From contig JBHGNT010000009.1 in NCBI GenBank assembly GCA_043228905.1, positions 5,704,001 through 5,768,000 of the forward strand: 64,000 nucleotides of DNA, in the 5' to 3' direction. Under the pieces are notes generated by a model, which saw only the letters and a program-made list of their open reading frames with translations, did not search any database and was not told the DNA's origin. This document shows positions 1 to 12,244 of this stretch, in pieces. The translations under genes and the position numbers were made by a program. This stretch comes from Azolla caroliniana. Taxonomy: Eukaryota; Plantae; Polypodiophyta. Position 1 is the stretch's first letter. Each line of letters begins with the position of its first letter.

Positions 1-44
1 CTCTTGAAATCATATGCCTCTCGTAAAGCTTCTTCAAAGGACTC

Positions 45-305
45 TCATGTTAGGTTTTGTTGCCCTATTTTGTGGATTCTCTCTTCTAACTCATCTGTGA
101 CTACTCGATTGAAGGATGTCACTTGCAATCCTTCTGGTATCCCACATCGCATCATCTCGGCCTTGTATTCGCATAGATAGCATGACATATCCTTTCCGTC
201 GAATTCCCCGTTTCTTTGCACAAGCTGCGCTACTGCCGATTTCATCTCCGACATTGTGCGTTGCTCTTCTTGCATCCGCTTAATCATCATCATCATCATA
301 TTCAT
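45..305 (-). pseudogene. gag: Gypsy gag N-terminal fragment (element A)
   Basis: Similar to the starts of the ORFs at 44243 and 27796; premature stop. Confidence 0.7.
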
Positions 306-556
306 CGCTTCTTATTGATTCTCCATCTCCTTACTACCCCTCTTCACGTCGGGTTCACCACTTGTGTCGTGCCTTTCGGCTCCGGATCGTTTGCGTGAGT
401 CAGGTGGGAACCGCTCGGGTTTTGGACTAGGAAGAGGAAGAATTTGAGATGATTTTAATTATGAGTAAATTATTAGAAACTTGTGAATCCCACAAGTATA
501 ATGTATTTTATTGATTAATATTTACGTAAGAATATGTATTTAGATTAATAGAGAAA

Positions 557-1010
557 TGTTGAGAGACAAGCTCAACATCGGCCGGATCGGCTGAAGAAGC
601 CGAGGACCGGATCGGTTGGGACCGATCGGTTAGGCCGAATGCGTAAACCGGTATGCAGACCGGTGCATAGGTAGGGCCGGATCGGTGCATAAACCGGGAG
701 GCCGTTAGGAAAGATATTCCGTGAGGAGTATATTTGGGAGTTAGTATAGGAGCCCTTAATGAGCATTGAAGTACTGTCAATACTTCGGTCAGTCCTTCTA
801 GGACTTGTATAAAAGTGTTCATTGAACACACATATGTATAGAGTGTGGTGAATAGAGATTGTGTATTTTTTGAAGATACTTCTTGTGTTTTCCTCTCTCA
901 CTCTCTCTGTCTCTCCCGCGTATACTACGTGAGCTCAAGCTCTCCATTAAACCTGAGTTTTGTTCCTTCTGTTCGGTCTTCATACTTGCTTCTGCACGTT
1001 ACTTTTTATA
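557..1010 (+). repeat. 5' LTR of B1
   Basis: Starts TGTTGAGAG; direct repeat of 5331-5784; TATAAAA near 808; followed by the PBS. Confidence 0.95.
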
Positions 1011-1082
1011 TGGTATCAGAGCGCGAGGGTTGAGAACCTCTCTGCAGCCAACACAGCTTGATGAAGAAGAACAAGAAGAACG

Positions 1083-4000
1083 ATGGATAGAGGCATAGCG
1101 AGCTCGCTTCCAACAGAGAAGCTCGACAGAACCATCTACGCGTCTTGGTCCTACAAGATGCACCAGTACCTGCTCGGGCACGGGTACTGGAGTTATGTCG
1201 AAGGAGCTAATGACGCGGCACCCGAATCCACATATAGAGACTTCCCGTCGTGGGAGCAATCGGCGAGCAGGGTATTATACTGCTTCGCGTCGTGTGTGGG
1301 CGAACAACTATTGAGCTATGTTCGGGATGCAAAGACGCCGAAGGGTGTGTGGAAAAATCTGAAGAAGATTTTCGCCGCGAGCACCACAACCAGGAAGCTT
1401 CAGCTCCGACAGGAGTTGAGCAACCTACGACAACGCGACTTGTCGGTGGCGGACTATACCTCGAAGATCAAGGATATCTGCGACTCCGTCGCCTCCATAG
1501 ATGTGAACATTGAGGAGAGCGAGATGGTCCAGATCTGTCTCGGAGGTTTGGCGTCGAAGTTCGGAGCGTTTCGAATGGCTGTGTGTACCCGGGAGAAAAC
1601 GTCGTCCTTTTTCGACTTACAGTCAATGCTCCTAGTAGAGGAGAACCACGCGGGTGCGTCTACAAGCACGCACACCGACAACAGAATGTTGTACACGGAG
1701 GGAGATAGGCCCCGTGGACTTGGAGGACGAGGCGAGTTGGCGCGCAATGGAAGCGGCTGACGAGACCAAGGAAGAAGGCACCGAAGTGATGCCGACAGCA
1801 ACTCCGGACCCTCTGGAAACAGGGGGAGTCGAAGCGATGAGAACCGGCAAGGGAAGGCCATCGCGGAGTGCTGGTACTATGGCAAGAAAGGCCACAGGGA
1901 AAGTGAGTGCTGGAAGAAGTGCGCCGATTCAGAGAAAACCGGTTCCGGAAACGGCTCCGGACATACCGACAAGAGAAATCGGCAGCGATCGCACTACGCC
2001 GAAGACTCCAGGAGAGTCGGAGAAGGGTTTGCCTTCGTGACGAGACACGAAGCAAACTCAATGAAACGGACCACCCCGACATCGGACGAGGTGTGGTACG
2101 TAGACTCCGGTGCGTCAAACCACATGACGAGCCATAAGGAGTGGTTCTCGTACCTTGAAAAACCGATATAACCTGAAGTAGTCGCAACTGGAGACGACAC
2201 TCCACATCCGATCGCGAATGTCGGAGAAGTTCCCCTTAGCCATGTCGGGCAGAAAAGGAAACTCATTAACGTGCTGGACGTTCCGACAATCACGAAGAAC
2301 TTGGTCTCAGTCGGACACATCGTCGACGAAGGGATGGAGGTTCGGTTTACACACCTCGGGTGCTTCATTGAGGAAGAAGGCCGTGGGATTGCGCAAGGGC
2401 GCAGAGACGGGAGGATGTTCATCCTCGATTCCACTGATGGAGGCACCGCAATGTTCGCGAAGGGACAAAAATCCGAGTCGGACATCGACTTGTGGCACAA
2501 GCGGATAGGCAATGTCAACTACCAACGGCTTCAAGATTTGCAATCGAAATAGGTAGTGTTCGGATTGCCCAAATTTAGTGGCCGAAAGGCACAAATTTGT
2601 GAAGCCTGCCAGCTCGGGAAGCAACACTGACTTCCTTTCCCCAACGAGCGAAACCGGAGCCGGAACAAGCTCGACCTTATACACTCCGATGTATGGGGGC
2701 CATCACAAAACGTTAGTCTTGGCGGGAGCCGATATTTCGTCTCCTTCATCGACGACCACACGCGGCACACATGGATCTACCTCATTGAGAGGAAGAGCAA
2801 AGTCTTCGACTGTTTCTGGGACCTCAAAGGGTTCGTGGAAGCGGAAACGGGACGAAAGATCAAGTGCCTGCGGTCGGATGGCAGGAAAGAGTACTTTTCC
2901 GGTCAATTCAACGGTTACCTACAACAAATGGGAATTCGCCGCGAATTTAGTTGTAGATACACGCCAGAGCAGAACGGCGTGGCCGAGAGAAAGAATTGGT
3001 CGATTGTGGAAGCGGCACGGGCAATGCTGGAGGAGAAGAGCTTGCCCAAGTTCTACTGGGCCGAGGCGGTAAGGACCGCGGTATACATCCAAAACCGGAT
3101 CGGAGCCAAAGTGTCGGCGCACGAGCTATATTTCGGAACGAAGCCGAACTTGCGATACTTGAGGGTGTTCGGTAGCATTGCGTATGTGCATGTACCGAAG
3201 GAGAAAAGGAGGAAGCTGGACGCAAAGGCCGAGAAATGCATATTGGTCGGTTACTCGGACGAGCAGAAGGGTTATAAGTGCTATAACCCTCGCAGCAAAC
3301 AAGCGTGTGTCAGCCGCGACGTTGTGTTTGACGAGTCCGCGTCCTGGTACCTGCCCCCGACTACGAACCTCAACTCCAATCCGAGCTCTGACGATGAGGT
3401 CAGCGAGGCCGAGATGCCTCCGAATGAGCCCGAAATCGAGACCCGCGAAGAGAGTCCGATTTCACTCCGGTTAAGTGGACCAATTGGACGACTAAGTCGG
3501 TACGACTAGTCCGATGAAGAGCCGGCGAGTAGTGGAGACTCGGCCGTGCATTTCCCGTGCAGGAAGCCGAGGAGACGGCTTACGCGCAAAGAGAAAGGAA
3601 AGAAGAAGGTGTCAGATTCCGGCACGGATAGGAATGAGTCAGACCGACGCGAGTCTGACTCTGAGGGAACCGGTGACGGGTCTTTAAAGGTGAAGACCGC
3701 GTCGACCGAGAAGGCCTCGACATTGGCTAATATGAGATTACGCCGATCTACCCGCCAGAAGAATCCTGTTTTGCGGTTCGGATACAACGAGTACATGGTG
3801 CACCATTATGCATACATGACCCGTGTAGCGGAAGTGCGTGAGCCGGAGTGCTACGCAGAAGCAGCTAAAGACGCGAATTGGCGTGCCGCGATGGAGGAAG
3901 AGATGCACGCATTGGCGGAGAACGGGACCTGGGACCTGGTTGACGCACCAACAGGGGTAAAACCGATCGGGTGTAGGTGGGTGTACAAGGTCAAGTACAA

Positions 4001-5330
4001 CATCGATGGCTCGGTCAACCGGTGCAAGGCTCGGCTAGTGGCAAAGGGCTACGCGCAAAAACATGACATTGACTACGATGAGACTTTTGCGCCAGTCGCG
4101 AAAATGACGACCGTCCATGTTTTGCTCGCAGTAGCTGCGGTGAAGGGGTGGCAGTTACATCAGATGGATGTAAAGAATGCGTTCTTGCAAGGTGACCTTG
4201 AGGAACAGGTGTACATGGTACAACCCCCCGGATTTCACTCCGGAACGAACTCCTCGGCAGTATGCCGATTGAAGAAGTCCCTTTACGAACTGAAGCAAGC
4301 CCCGCGTGCCTGGAACACGAAGATCACGCAACAACTGTGTCAGATGGGCTTCGTCACGTCAAAATCAGACTCTTCCCTGTTCATCCGGAAAGGTCAACTC
4401 GGACCGGTTAGTATTTTACTATATGTTGATGACTTGGTCATCACCGGCGCTGACCTAGGTGAAATCGACCGCGTGAAACTCCAGCTTGCGGCATCGTTCG
4501 ACATGAAGGATCTGAGGGACCTTCATTACTTCCTCGGGATCGAAGTGATCCGTACCCCGGAAGGCATATTAATCAGCCAATGTCATTACGTGCTGAGTAT
4601 GCTCTTCAAATTCAGGATGGCCGACTGTAAATCCGTCTCGACTCCTGTAGACAAAACCGTCAAGCTTCGTCCCGATACGGGAAAGGTATGCGACCCGACG
4701 AGGTTCCGACAAATTGTCGGAAGACTCATATACTTGACCATCACCCGACCCGACCTCAATTATCCGGTCGGGGTGATCAGTCAGTTCATGGCGCGACCTA
4801 CCGAGGAGCACCTTCAGTGTGCGCAACGCATACTTCGGTATGTCAACGGCACTAAGGACCGGGGACTGCTATATCGGACCGGTGCAGTCGCGTAGTTAGT
4901 CGGCTACACCGATGCTGATTGGGCTAGCAACGCCGCCGATCGCCGATCCACGTCCAGATACGCGTTCTCCCTCGAGAGTGCCACGATCGCGTGGAGCAGT
5001 AAGAAGCAGCCGACAGTTGCACTGTCGAGCACCGAAGCCAACTCGGACGAGAGCGAAAACCAATAGGAGGTAGCCGAGTCGGTTCGGATGTTTGATTCAG
5101 ATACGCTGAATCAACCGAGGCCTAAGCGGAAGAAAAGGCAGCAGAAGAAGCGTCAACACCGCAACAATAGAAGAGCTGATAAGGGCCACATGAGTAGACA
5201 AGCCGACTGGAAGGGTCGAAGCGCGCGGAGTCGAACATGTCATGGAGCGTAAAAGAGGCGTGAAGCCAGGAGGAACTGGAGCTGTGAGCCCGAAGATCCC
5301 GAAGAGCCTCAAGTTGAGCTTGAGGGGGAG
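1083..5330 (+). pseudogene. pol: Copia gag-PR-INT-RT polyprotein with multiple stops
   Basis: gag ORF 1083-1760; protease WYVDSGASNHMT near 2095; integrase ORF 2835-3509 (PEQNGVAE); RT ORF 3546-4895 ([13 protein letters not shown]). About 570 bp of RNase H is missing at ~5039 relative to 19024-19596. Confidence 0.93.
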
Positions 5331-5784
5331 TGTTGAGAGACAAGCTCAACATCGGCCGGATCGGCTGAAGAAGCTGAGGACCAGATCGGTTGGGACCGAT
5401 CGGTTAGGCTGAATGCGTAAACCGGTATGCAGACCGGTGCGTAGATAGGGCCGGATCGGTGCGTAAACCGGGAGGCCGTTAGGAAAGATATTCCGTGAGG
5501 AGTATATTTGGGAGTTAGTGTAGGAGCCCTTAATGAGCATTGAAGTACTGTTAGTACTTCGGTCATTCCTTCTAGGACTTGTATAAAAGTGTTCATTGAA
5601 CACACATATGTATAGAGTGTGGTGAATAGAGATTGTGTATTTTCTAAAGATAATTCTTGTGTTTTACTCTCTCACTCTCTCTGTCTCTCCCGCGTATACT
5701 ACGTGAGGTCAAGCTCTCCATTAAACCTGAGTTTTGTTCCTTCTGTTCGGTCTTCATACTTGCTTCCACACGTTACTTTTTACA
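5331..5784 (+). repeat. 3' LTR of B1
   Basis: Follows the PPT; ends TACA followed by TSD AGAAA. Confidence 0.95.
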
Positions 5785-6173
5785 AGAAAGATATAGAAAT
5801 CTCGTGAATCACACGAGTATAGTTTATTAATTGGTGGTTTAGGAAATATATCCAATTTCCCAAATATTTTTTACACAACCTTACATTGTGCTCCCCATCC
5901 TTATGTAGTGATGAGGGAGTCTTAGCAATCCATGCTTTTTCTTCTCTAACTATAGACTCCATGCTTTTCCTATAGAGAGACTATATGTTTTATCTAAAGT
6001 GATCATGCTTTTTCTAACTCGTGCGTTCTTTTATAAACTATAGCGTTCATACACGCTAGAGGTGCATGCATGGTTTTTTTTCTTTTAGCATGCGTTTTCT
6101 TTTAACTAAAGTTGATCCTAGATGAACTTAGCTTTCTATGTGGGAAACCTATTTTTTAACACTAATGAAATGC

Positions 6174-6238
6174 TAGTGTAATGGTAAGACATTACATTAT
6201 TAACATGGAGGCGCAAGGTTCGAATCTTGCCCTATGCA
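6174..6238 (+). promoter_or_regulatory. tRNA-like Pol III type-2 cassette in LTR A
   Basis: A-box TAGTGTAATGG at 6174; B-box GGTTCGAATC at 6217 inside a GCAAG/CTTGC stem; T-run downstream. Confidence 0.65.
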
Positions 6239-6334
6239 TGTATTATTTATTTTGATATTTTCTTCTATTTCTTCATATTTACTAAAACGTTACTTTATAA
6301 GTTTTTCATGTAGTGTACGAAATACACTACAACA

Positions 6335-9300
6335 CCGTCATTTGCGGAAAGACAAGGGAACCGATAATACCAATTCGAAGAATTCACCACACTGAAACGG
6401 TTCGGATCGGCGAGGACCGGACCGGAAGGGAACAACGGCAATCGCAGCCAGTGAAGAGGAGTTGATGCTCATCACCGGGGAGAGTGAGTTAAACCTTGCC
6501 GGTGACGAGACAACGTGGGTTGTCGAATCCGGAACGTCGTTCCACCAGACCCTGGACCGGAAATGCTTCTCATTCTACACAGCCGGTGAGCAGGGCTGTG
6601 TCCGGATGGGGAATGAAGGTACATGCCGAATTGTCGGCATAGGAGACGTGTGGTTGACAATACCAACCTGATGCCAGTTGGTGCGGAAGGATGTCGACAC
6701 GTTCCGGAGGTTCGACTGAACCTGATATCAGCCGGTATGCTAGATGATGAAGGTTGCACAGGTAGCATCTGGAACGGTGTCATGAAGTTCAGCAAAGGGA
6801 GTCTAATAGTGGCTCGGGCCCAGAAAGTCAACACACTGTACCTACTGAATGCCCGGTTATGCCGGGAAAAAGTGAATGTTGCATCCGACACTACCGGTGA
6901 GCTGTGGCACAAGAGACTATGTCACATGAGCGAGAAGGGGATGAAGAGGCTTGCCGATGACAACCTCATTCCGGTGAAAGACGTGCATCTTGAGAAGTGC
7001 ACTGATTACCTGGCCGGTAAGCAAAACCGGACCTCCTTCCACTCAAGGTCACCGATGAGACGTAATGCACCACTGGAGCTGGTGCATACCGATGTATGTC
7101 AAGTGGACATGAAGTCACATGTTGGATTGCAGTACTTCGTGAAATTCATAGACGACCACAGTCGGAAGCTGTGGGCCACACCGTTGAAGACGAAGGATCA
7201 AGTGTTATCCGTCTTCAAGGAGCTCCACGCAAGAGTGGAAAGAGAAACCGGTCAGAAGTTGAAGGCGGTTCGAGCAGATAACGAAGACGAATACCGGGGC
7301 CAGTTTGAGGAGTACTGCCACTTGAAGGGCCTCCGGCTCGAATTTACCGTGCCGAAGATGCCGAAACTAAACGGGTTGGCCGAGAGGATGAACCGGACCA
7401 TAATGAAGAGGGTCCGGAGTATGCTAGCACATGCAAGGTTACCCAAGATGTTTTGGGCTGAGGCACTAGCGACAACGACATACGTGATAAACAGATCACC
7501 CTCAGTGCCCTTGGACGAAGACACGCCGTAGAGAATGTGGACCGACAAGGAAGTGTCTTACCGGCATCTGTAGGTGTTCGGGTGTCTTGCTTACGTGCAT
7601 GTTGCAAAGGACCGGAGAGAAAAGTTGGATCCAAAGTCCCGGCCTTGCATATTCCTCGGATACGACGATGATGAGTTCGGCTACCGAGTGTGGGATCCAG
7701 TTGACAAGAAGGTTTTCTGGAGTTGAGATATTATCTTCATGGAGGACAAGACCCGTGCCGACTGGGAGTCGGAGAAGAAGATAATGAACTCCGATTCGAC
7801 CGGTAAGGATCGGTTCGATGAGATTCGGACCTACCCGGCTAAGAGCCGGTTGACACTCGAAGAACCGGCCGGTTACGGTGAGGATACCAAAGCGGTAGAA
7901 GAAGAAGAAGAGGAAGCTGGAACCGGAACCGGCCATGATCCCGAATCGGAATCGGATGAAGAACAGACATAGGAGCCGGTTACCGAAAACCGAAGTCGGA
8001 GATATCCTCTCAAAGAAGGAAGGGGCCCCCAGAGATTTCTGGATGCAGAGCGCGTGTTGCTAACCGATGAGGGGGAGCCGAAAAGCTTTGAAGAAGCAAA
8101 GGAGGACACCCACAGCCGCAAGTGGTCGAGTGCCATGCAAGACGAGATGGATTCCCTACATGAGAACCACACGTATGAACTGGTGGAGTTGCCGAAAGGA
8201 AAGCGGGCACTCCGGAATAAGTGGGTGTACAAGCTGAAACCCCCCGAGATACAAAGCCAGGATCGTGGTGAAGGGGTTCCAGCAGAAGAAGGGCGTGGAC
8301 TTCGACGAGATATTTGCCCCGGTAGTAAATATGACTTCCATCCGGACGGTGCCGAGCATAGCGGCAAGCACGAACCTCGAGGTAGAGCAGTTAGATGTGA
8401 AGACAACATTCCTCCACGGTGACCTCGAAGAGGAGATCTACATACAGAAATCGGGGGGATTTGTGAAGAAAGGGAAGGAGCACCTGGTTTGCCGGTTGAA
8501 GAAGAGCCTCTATGGTTTGAAGCAGGCGCCTCGGCAATGGTACCGGAAGTTTGACTCCTTCATGACCGATTAAGGGTACCACAAGACGCAGGCCGATCAC
8601 TGCGTATTTGTGAAGAAGTTTGAAGATGGAGACTTCTTGATACTCCTCCTGTACGTGGATGACATGTTGATCGACGGACGAGACCAAGTCAAGATATGGA
8701 TGCTGAAGAAGGCCCTGAACCGGACCTTCTCAATGAAAGACTTGGGTCCGGCAAGACAGATACTGGGGATGCATATCATCTGGGACCGGTCAATGAAGCA
8801 ATTGTGGTTGTCACAGGAAAAGTACATGACAAAGGTGTTTCAGTGGTTCAACATGTCAGACGCGAAACCGGTTGGATCAATACTTCCGGCAAACTGCAAG
8901 CTATCCGGTAAGCAAAGCCCAAAGACGAAGGCAAAGAAGGCGGATATGATGAAGATGCCATATGCCTCTGCCGTTGGGAGCTTAATGTATGCAATGGTGT
9001 GTACCCAACCGGATATCGGATACGCAGTCGGAGTGGTGAGCCGGTTTATGAGCAATCCCGACAAGGAGCACTGGAATGCGGTAAAATGGATACTCCGGTA
9101 CTTGAAAGGCACCTCAAGTATCTGTCTTCGATTCGGCTCCGGTAAACCCCAACTTGATGGTTTCACCGATTCGGATATGTCGGCTGATGTCAACATCGAG
9201 ATATGTTATGAGATATGCAGGTGGAGTTGTTTCGTGGCAGTCGAGGCTGTAGAAGACGGTTGCGTTGTCAACCACAGAAGCGGAGTACGTGGCAGCCGTG

Positions 9301-9415
9301 GAAGCTGGCAAGGAAATATTATGGATGAAGGACTTCATCAGAAAGTTAGGGATCCGGCAAGAGGAATACCGGCTCTATTGCAACAGTCAAAGTGCCATTC
9401 ACCTTGCGAAGAACT
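6335..9415 (+). mobile_element. Copia C1 (Tnt1/Tork-like) internal fragment: gag end, PR, INT, RT, partial RNase H
   Basis: ORFs 6462-6671 (WVVESG), 6623-7531 (LWHKRLCH, integrase), 8265-8573 and 8610-9437 (YVDDML, PYASAVGSLMY), 9265-9456 (STTEAEY). Homologous to C2. Confidence 0.9.
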
Positions 9416-9470
9416 TTGTGTTACTTTACTTTTTTAGTTGCTTCACCTTTACTTGAGGGGGGGCAATTAA

Positions 9471-10189
9471 TGTTAATCCGCCGCATGATCCTATCATCTG
9501 TCCATCTCAACTGTCACCCATCTGATCCGTCCGGTCCGCGTTCGGTTTTTGTTTTGTCGTCGTCCGGTTGCCGATTACCGGCTCCGTTTGATAAGACGCC
9601 GGTTTCCGTTTCCGGTTCCGGTTCCCAACTTCATCACCAACTCCGTCCAATTTCCGGTTTCCGGTTTCCGGCTCCATCCAATTTCTGGTTCCCGACTTTG
9701 TTGCCGGCTCCATCTGATTTCCGGTTACGTCTCCATCTAGTTTCTGGTTACCGACTTTGTTGTCGGTTCTATCCAGTTGCCGGCTCCATCCGGTTTCTGT
9801 TTCCCGACTTTGTTGCCGGTTCTATCTGGATACTAGCTCCATCCGATCGCCGGTTCTTTAGCCACATTTGTCCATGTAGACAAATTGGTCCAACCCTAAA
9901 CCCATTCTTTTTGTGCTCTCAACACATAGATGAAAACTAATGGTTCTCAATTTGTTTATATAGATAGATCCTAAAGTTTCCTATCTATATGGGATATTTC
10001 ACAATTATATTTTCCTTATTTCTCAAACTTCACACTCACATAACTTGATACTTATTTATCCGTTTCATGTGTAGTAAAATGCGTTATGAAGCTCTCGAAG
10101 ACATCTATCTTTCCATATCAAACCATTAAGCTAATCTTAAATAATTATTTTACTAGTTTTCATATCGTGTGTGAAAAAACCAGACGACA
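9471..10189 (-). repeat. Partial LTR of the Trp-primed Gypsy group, with CCGG-rich minisatellite
   Basis: The reverse complement of ~9970-10189 aligns with the start of LTR G (51892 onward), and it also aligns with 28720-29022 of LTR D. Terminus GACGACA at 10189. Left boundary uncertain. Confidence 0.7.
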
Positions 10190-10198
10190 ACGTCGTGG

Positions 10199-10492
10199 TG
10201 TCAAGTTGTACCTTGTGTTAGCACGCTCGCTACAAGAGTTGACCCACCACGAAACAGAGTCTTGACGTAGTCAAGAGATGATGAAATGAGGGTAGTCAGG
10301 CCTCATATTTAAAGAGAGACCTAAGAACCCCAAGCAAGTTCACACTTGGCCTAATGGATTATCTCAATCCCGAGGATTAAAAGGAATCCTCCCCTTCTTT
10401 ACACTCTAGTTTAACCCTCACACTTTATCCACGTGTATAGAATACTACGGTAAATTCTCACCATGGGATATTATATGGTCATGCCCGTAACA
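10199..10492 (-). repeat. Putative 3' LTR (~294 bp) of the chromovirus relic
   Basis: TG..CA ends; adjacent PPT. Confidence 0.55.
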
Positions 10493-12244
10493 TACTCCCC
10501 CCTCTTTAAAACATTGCACTCTTAACACCGGGTCATTTGAAACAGGTAATATGTCGCATTCTCTTTTTCATATCTTAGTGAGATGTTAAAAAATGCCTTA
10601 TTTAAGCAGAATTTCAACAAGGCACGACGCATGTGTATGTGGTTTATGAAAACATAGCGAAAAAAGAACTAACTAATATCACGTCAACAAAATCATCCGA
10701 TGTATATTCTATCTACCATGTTTTTGTCCAAATCTTAGAGAAGGGTGTATTTGTCAACACAAGTATAATAGTAACACGGGTCCTTGTGCATATTCTAAAA
10801 AGCATGCCCCATTGAATAAGTGACTTCTTCTAATTATGTGTGTATATTTAAATATAATACATCTTAAAGCAAATTGTGAACCTTGCAATTAAGAGATACT
10901 ACTATGTCAAGAGAAAATTTCCATTGACACGTGATACATGACACTGTCAATGTATAAATAAACTAGTCTACAATAACATTCCAATCATACGAGTAAATGA
11001 TAGAGTATAAACTTATCTCCGATATACCCCAAATGATAAAGGAGAGTTTAGATAACATGTACACATACAAGTATACTTAATTTCTAAGTTCAATGATTGT
11101 TACACGAAAATTATAAGTAAGCTCAACTTATATATTACGTCAAAATTTAACAATTCATATTGTTGAAAATTTACAATAAGCCATAACCATTCAATCGAAT
11201 AATAAGTCTGGTAAAGCCGTCTACTCAGGATTAGCTCTTTCATCAGGATTGTCCTCATTGGCTTCGTCAATACGCTAAGTTGACTTGTTAGTATGTTCAG
11301 ACTCTGAAACGTCTTCTAATTCAACAAGTTGCCCTGAACACCGGGACATTTGAAATAGGTAATATGTCACATTTTGAGAACTATCCATAAAAAAATGACA
11401 CAAATTAGGGTGATTCACAAAAAGGGGTGCCGCATGCGTAAAGGAATTTTAAAAATGACCCAAAAATATATTGATTTTTAACATGTACAGAAATTTAGGT
11501 GTTCAAAAAAATGCCTAAATAATGGACATGCCAAACTTATAAATGAATGTCCAAAATGACTAACCCCAATATTTATAGAAATTCTGAATCCAAATCTTGA
11601 TGTGCAATACAATATTTATAGTTAACGTATCAGGACAATCATTTTTCAAGTTTATGTCATCATCTTCATACCCATTAGATGAACTAGTACGAGTTTATGA
11701 GGTCTCATCCTCATCATCAATGGCAACTAATGCATTGTGTTGATCCAATTGCAATCCAACCTCATCGAGTTTATGAGTCATGCTTCTTGTTTGTCTTTGT
11801 GTTGTGTCTGAAGCCACATTCCAGATTCTCTTTTAGTATCTTCATTGTGGTCTGTCACAGATAACTTGTTTTGGTTAAAGATAAGTCATACACTAATATA
11901 TAAACATTATCCAATGTAAGAGTAGATGTGCTTGATGCATCTTTCCTCCTCACTTTTTGGTTATGATATTTCATTATGTACTTTCCATTTACAAGATTAG
12001 ATTATGTGAGAGAAGCTTTCTACCAAAATCATTAGAATCTAAAAAATGTCTTAAAGATGTTTTCCATTTTTCTTAGATTCTCATAGTAAGCCTTTGATGT
12101 CGTACAGAAATCCGATTCATTCCATCTAGATTTGACGCAACATGTCAAATTTTACTCTATACATCTAGAATTGGATATAATGCATCAGATTCTTGTAAGT
12201 CTTGGAATTTTTTTAAAAATTTCCATTAAAAAAATACTCTTGCA

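Larger units (their letters stand above)
557..5784 (+). mobile_element. Ty1/Copia element B1, both LTRs present, degenerate, RNase H deleted
   Basis: 454-bp LTRs at 557-1010 and 5331-5784. 5-bp TSD AGAAA (552-556, 5785-5789). PBS TGGTATCAGAGC at 1011-1022. PPT TGAGGGGGAG at 5321-5330. Confidence 0.96.
1..6334 (-). mobile_element. Ty3/Gypsy element A, 5' end (gag start, tRNA-Trp PBS, 5' LTR 365-6334 interrupted by Copia B1)
   Basis: PBS TTCACGTCGGGTTCACCA at 343-360 matches the 3' end of plant tRNA-Trp. LTR ends are TGTCGTG (365) and TACAACA (6334). ORF 45-305 resembles the gag N-termini of D and E (GEFDGKD..SFNRV). Copia C1 gag sequence resumes at 6335. Confidence 0.8.

Noticed and set aside
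6171-6238. Functional tRNA genes at the A/B-box cassettes
   Set aside because: Acceptor and anticodon stems do not pair properly, so they are reported as tRNA-like cassettes instead.
9392-9940. 182-aa ORF and PPT-like GAGGGGGGG-TGTTAA at 9455-9476
   Set aside because: The ORF is translated minisatellite. The PPT/LTR start has no partner in the window, so I did not call a separate element.
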